A stretch of 64,000 nucleotides of DNA from assembly GCA_037379345.1 (NCBI GenBank), contig CM074511.1, forward strand, positions 55,434,862 to 55,498,861. Direction: 5' to 3'. This DNA is from Perna viridis (lineage: Eukaryota). The position numbers and the translations under genes are program-made. How positions within the stretch are numbered: the first letter of the stretch is position 1; each line of letters starts with the position of its first letter. Positions 58,151 through 64,000 of the stretch are shown one piece after another. The notes beneath the pieces were generated by a model. That model did no database searches and was not told the origin of the DNA. It saw only the letters and a program-made list of their open reading frames with translations.

Positions 58151-60354
58151 TTTATGAATGAAAGATGTTATCCACAAACTGCACTGAGAATCATCGGTTC
58201 CGCTCAATCTCTTTTAGTCTTCCATGTTTAAGGTACATATTTCTGCATTAGATCAACAACCATTCAATGATAGAACGTACAACTTTTAATACATAGCCAG
58301 AAGCTAGGTGACGACTTTACCTAGGCGTTTAAATTCACCAAGATGAAAGTTATACATGCGAAATTTCTCATCAAATAGTTAATTTCGTATAATGAATGTG
58401 TATGTTTGATTAAATTATATCCTGTTGCGTTCAATTAAACACACAGCCTCAATACACAACCATATTATTACATTTGTGATAGCACTGACTAACGCAAATC
58501 GAATTTAAATTCTCTCGAATATCCGTTATTTTAACACAGCCATTAGTCAAGATTCTCAGGATTATGATCGAATGCACACAAATTCACCACAATATCCACT
58601 TCATATCGAATTTCTGGAAAGCTAAGCAACTCCTAAGATGTCCGGTTCACCTGTGGTATGCACACATTGATTAGGATTGTGCAGCTAATACATTGATGCA
58701 TTGATCGTTATCATGACAAAACTCAGTATCTCTAAAACATCTGAATAAACATTTCTCCCATTTGATAAATAAACCAACCTTTTCAGGAGCGAAATATTGA
58801 CTACATCCATAAACGTCTGTTAAGATATTATTGTTTCTTTGACATGTGGATAGTTATTAGGTTGTTATACAATCCGTAAGACGGTTAGTTCCAGACTTTT
58901 AACTTAAACTAATATCTGCTTGTCAATAATACTCCAGGAAAACCATCCAAGTTCCATGGGAAATTAACGCTACAAGGGTAACCAAACATTCGATGTCAAG
59001 GGACATTCTGCTTTAGACACTTACTAGTGGGAATTATTCCGTAATATTTCCTTAATCATCTCTTATATTTTATACATGTACTTTAATTATTTACTGTATG
59101 TTGTCTCGCAATATTCTTCAATAATGTCTTTATAGTTTCGGCTCTTGGTTATATTGTTTGTATGAATTATTTACAAGTCAAAATAATCTTGCCACCAAAG
59201 CTTTTTTTTTTTTTTTTTACGAATACGCCCTTTTTCCCGCCATAATTGCTGGAACTAAATTGTATATGTATATAGACGTCTGTGTATATACAATTTTCAT
59301 CTGAAACAGACTCCAGTTAAGGGGATACAGAGGCTTGGTTGGAGCACTCTTTAAAAAAAGAAAATTCGGTGGTTGCCATCATATCTAGTATGTTATGGCC
59401 GTAGACAAATTTGAACGGACATGAAAGAAGTTTTTAGAACAACCGACCTATAGTTGCAACTGATTTTTTTACTGTTGGTTTCTTTGTTACTCTATTTATT
59501 TGGTATTTTTTGAATTACTGAGTCATTGATCAAACCATGTTATCTAAGTTTATAATATCTCAGGTTTGTATCTTTTTAGTCGTTAGTTCAATAGTAGTTC
59601 TCCTTTGTAGTATGGTATGCGAGCGAAGCAAGCTTTTTACAGTACAGATAGGTAATGGATCAATTGAAAATATTTCGTCAACTTCCGGTCATGTTATGAC
59701 GAAGTACCTGTAGGATGTATCATGTATTTCCAATTTTGATAACAAGCTCTTTTGGATATGGTTGCAAGTCAGCGATGAATGACTCGTATATTTGTTTATA
59801 TATTTCGTTTTTTTTGTGGTAGAATTCAAGTGAAAATAACTGGTCGTTATTTATTTCAGTGCACGGTAATGGATTTGACTCAATATTTTTATAGCTTTGG
59901 TTTTGGGTACTTCATGTTTTCAAACTAATTTTGGATTTAGATCTTCAAAACGCTGCTGGTGAGAGGTAATTTATTGAAACACGTGTACATCATATCAAAA
60001 TTTGCAATGTATATGAATGGAATTTTTCGTATCGTATATAATTTGTGCACTAGACTTAGTACAAGTCTCTCTATAATTCATTCGCAATTCATCTACAGTA
60101 CAGACTTCTATATACAGTATAAGGATGGTGAATAGATAACAGTGTAGATATATACATTTTGTAAAACATACCCGTAATTACAGAGAGTCTCTTAGCAAGT
60201 CTATATGTGCATAAATTTTTGTCAAAATGATAACTCTACTATACCTTAAAATAAAGAAAACTGAACTCGATGTTTTGGAAACACATGCAGAGGCTGAGTT
60301 TCGTGTATTACAAAATGTGTTTTTTTTTCAATGTAAGAGGTACTTGCCGCATAG

Positions 60355-60823
60355 AGGCTAAAAACCACTAATTCCACTTTTCATAGGCTTCTATGCTAAT
60401 TTCACAATATTCAATGGCTTCTCTGGACTTTACCTTAACTTTAACCTGCAGAGGACTATATATCAGCATGATTCTACATATGTCAGCTCACAATCCTCAG
60501 AATGGCATGTGGGGTTAGCAGACTTGCAGTGCAGTACTGGTCACCGGAAGTGAAGGGTCTATAAATAGCATGGGAAATCCCAGTGTTTTCACAAGATAGG
60601 GGTATATTTAAAAATCATTATGGAGATTAGGCTTCACATCACAAGAAGCAAAATGCACCTATAAAATGTACAGAAATGTTTTTCCTTTCAGAAACTGTTT
60701 AAATTTTTTAAATAAGATGAGAACTTTTTTCACAGCACTATGAGGAACAGGGGTAATTTCTGCGTAGGACTATTTTTGCGTACGTTCCAAATGCTCATTG
60801 GTTGAATTGGTGGTCTGTAACCT
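60355..60823 (-). mobile_element. 469-bp MITE copy 2 (AG 2-bp TSD)
   Basis: ag|AGGCTA...TAACCT|ag; same length, only a handful of substitutions versus copy 1. Confidence 0.85.
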
Positions 60824-63549
60824 AGAAACATAATCTGTAACAACCATTTCGATTTGTAAAAAAGGTTTTGAAGTATTATTCACTAGAACTAAAAAATTAA
60901 ACTAATTATTTTAGATAGAGTTTGTGACCGTCCTTTGGTAAAAACAGCCTTATCAATCAAGACGTACGACCATGTTTGTTTCATGAAATACTTTTTCTTT
61001 TTAAATGCCATGTTCTAATATCTGATTTCATGCAGCCTCTCGAAGTGACGATCACAGAGGCCGACAAGTTCAAAGGATTAAACATATATACAAATCTACT
61101 CACTCCTGCACTTCAACTGGACTATTGACTGAAGTTGATTTCATCACAAAAGAAACCATGCCCGTTGCTATGGCAACCAATTTTCCCGCAAAATTCCAAA
61201 ATACTATGATTTGTATTTAGGGTAAAAATGACATACACTGAGTTTTATATTTGGACATTTCAAGAGGACTGAACCAAAATTTAAAAGTGGTCCGCTTTGG
61301 ATGAAATTTAGTTTCTTGACATGCAGAATCTAAATTTTGGGATTTTAAGACCATGCGAAAGTCGTTGTTGCCATGGTGACTGATTTTTCCGCATAAACTT
61401 CAAAATGTTTCGATTTCGGTATAATTTGGGTTTTAGGGTGAGAATAATGTGCCGCATATAATAATAAGGCAATAATGTGTACGGGAGGTGACTTGCTCCA
61501 CGTTTTGGGAAACGAAAATTTAATTGAAATTTGGAATTTTTCTTATCAGGATAATAGGGGAAATATTGGCCAGTTTTAAGAGAAATACCTGATATGGAAA
61601 CTTTTCAATTTGTAATACACACCATAGCTTTGCATACTAATACCAACAACAACTGAAAACTATTCCATAATTGCATTTTTGATGTATGTGTACATATACA
61701 TTTGATGAACCCAAGTCACCGGGAAGCTTACCGTTATCAATTTCTGCATACAAAACAGTATTCATATATTATTGCATTATCACAATCTCATAAATTTAAT
61801 GCCTCTATAAAAATGGAAGTGTTAAATGTACAGCTAATTAAACATTAGAAGAAATGTCTTTTTAAAAAAACTATTTTTTTACACTCTAGCCTTCAACGAG
61901 GAGTAGAACTCGAAACTCTTGAATCTACAACAGTGAGAAGCAAGTTGTCGTGCATTTGTTGCGTTTCACCATATCTGTTGATTTTTTTTCCGTTCAAGAC
62001 ACTTGAAAAAGAGTAAACTTTTCAAATTCTATCAAGTTCATAACCATTTTGACGATTTTAATAGTGTTTATGATCTAAACATAATAAATAACACCAGTTT
62101 TATCAAAATAATATGTATTACTTATAAATCCTAACAAAACAGTCCGACTAAATTAAGAATAAAAAAAAACAACACAAAAACATTGTATTTTCTTATTTGA
62201 TTTCTACCCAACCATGGCAACATGCGTTATCGAATATAACTTAAAAGTTTTTGAGCACCGCATTATCGCATAACCTTTGACAATTCATAAGATTTCGTTA
62301 CGTGGACAGCAACAAGACACGGGCCGAAGTGCGTTACAATTATTTAGGTTATGTATAGATACCAATAATAACACAGTTTTTGTTTGGCATTTTGCGAAAT
62401 CAAAACACAAGATTTATCTAAAGTGCATGTTACTTGCAAGACGACAGTATAACAAGAAAAACCACCGTGAACATACTTGCAGAAACAGAAATAAGCCGAT
62501 CATCACAGCATCGTAGGAATTACAGTAAGCTATTTACTGAAAAAGTAATTTTCGAAAGCACCAAAGTAATCCCAATTATACTTAACTGAAACTCAGAACG
62601 GAATGCGATGTAATGCTAGACTAATAGGTGATATTCACTGAAACTTTCACCGTGGTACGCATTCGAAGTCTTGGAAAATTGCCCTTAAATTGTTAAATCA
62701 TAAACAATTATTTGGCAAAAAATTTCTTCGCCACACGTGTCCGGCTATAAAAAGCTGCCAAACGTTAATACGATATACTTGTGCAGAATTTAAATGTTTC
62801 GAAAATAAACAGTTGCTGAACTGAATGATGGAATATACTCAAGACTGTCAGAAATCATCTATTGATACTCAATCTTCTAGAAATAAAAATGTTTCATGTG
62901 AGAAAATATTGGAAATGACAAATAGACATAAGCTGGAAAATGACTTATCATATAAAAACAATGCAAAAAAAAAAACAGTTCAAAACAATGGTTTATGTGT
63001 ATCGAAATTTAAGTGTGATACATTGTTTCCTTTTTCTACAAGATAGGATAGGCTGACGTTAATTATCGTACTTGAGCTCTATATATAATAAGAAATGCTC
63101 GTCCAATACCAGGAGAGTAGGAGCACAAATGACATTCTCTTGGCTATTCTTATTTGTGTATCCATTTGTTTATACCTTAGAATCATTCTGCTTCAAATAA
63201 CTACCTGCTTTTGACGTGGTCTCATATGACAAGAGTAGGAATTGGGTGGATACTGTGCGGATATAATCCTATCAGTTATTTTTGCAGAAAAATATGACAA
63301 TTAAAAAAAAACAAAAACAAAAACAAAAAAACAAAAAAAGAAAAAAAGAAAAAAAAACGTTAACAAGCCGATAACACCAAAAAGGTAGAGGAACGAACAG
63401 TTGAGCAGTTCGAATCCCATTAAACTACTATGAGCAGTTCTTGATTTTTGCAAGATAACTGCCGTGCAATTCGTGGTATGAAAGTGACAGATAATCACAG
63501 ATGGAGGTCGTTGCCCAGATTAGAAATGGACACATCTTATCTGTCAGTC

Positions 63550-63608
63550 TGTATCGTCTGAATATAGCTGAAATATTGCTGCTCGGACGTTAAACCCCAA
63601 CAAACAAA
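63550..63608 (+). mobile_element. 5'-truncated SINE/LINE 3' end with 14-bp TSD
   Basis: tatagctgaaatattgctg..gacgttaaacccc(aaac)n flanked by cttatctgtcagtc at 63536-63549 and 63609-63622. Confidence 0.75.
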
Positions 63609-64000
63609 CTTATCTGTCAGTCAAGTCATGTTGACGACTGTAGATATTTCATTCAATGGGCAACATAGTCTTTGTGAACATAGGTGAGCCCTATCTAGAA
63701 AATAGCTGTAATCACAATTTGTTACAAACCGTTGAGTTGAAAGGCAAAACTCTATATGGTGGATCAGCTGGTAAAACGTGAATTTGGTTTGTCTAACGTT
63801 ATAGGAAAAGTGTCGAAATTACCGAAGCAAACATTTTCATGGTCGTTACAATAATATTTTGAATGCCGCTCTTTTATTTTATATCATGATTTAAAAAAAA
63901 ATAGAGTTAATGTTTGAGCTCTCGCATGTACTTCGTACATTTTATACTTTTCCGAAATGCAACAACATAACTTTTCATAATCAGAAGTTCCAAGCTTCGG

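Noticed and set aside
45939-60823. Single 14.9-kb transposon with 469-bp TIRs
   Set aside because: Outer flanks differ (AC vs AG), while each 469-bp copy has its own TIRs and its own 2-bp duplication; no transposase inside
63400-63420. tRNA gene (GTTCGAATCCC)
   Set aside because: Only a B-box-like motif; no cloverleaf or A-box recognisable

Overview
AT-rich, intron-containing animal genomic DNA. The repeat families suggest a bivalve mollusc, which is an inference. (1) 1-17548 (+): the 3' part of a Rho-associated protein kinase (ROCK) gene. I rebuilt 25 coding exons by hand; all introns are GT-AG and all phases match. They encode the AGC C-tail/hydrophobic motif, coiled coil, Rho-binding domain, split PH domain with C1 insert and the stop, followed by a probable ~3.7 kb 3'UTR to ~21.28 kb. 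(2) ~32.4-58.2 kb (-): a convergent, uncharacterised gene mostly missed by the ORF track. It has three candidate alternative first exons (58150-57840, 43862-43771, 34694-34672), a symmetric 162-nt exon (39394-39233) and a constant last exon (32785-32395), all joined in phase 2. The predicted low-complexity protein carries short linear motifs (DSGxxT, KVTF/RVxF, PPxY, NPF) and ends in polybasic-CC-CaaX (KKKQKKCCSVM). Each first exon has a tiny uORF shortly upstream of the ATG. (3) Many repeats: Penelope-like RT relics and their 3' tails, Helentron-type non-autonomous elements, a TA-flanked Tc1/mariner-type MITE, two near-identical inverted copies of a 469-bp MITE with 2-bp TSDs, SINE fragments and minisatellites. 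No prokaryotic features, rRNA, tRNA or CRISPR were seen.
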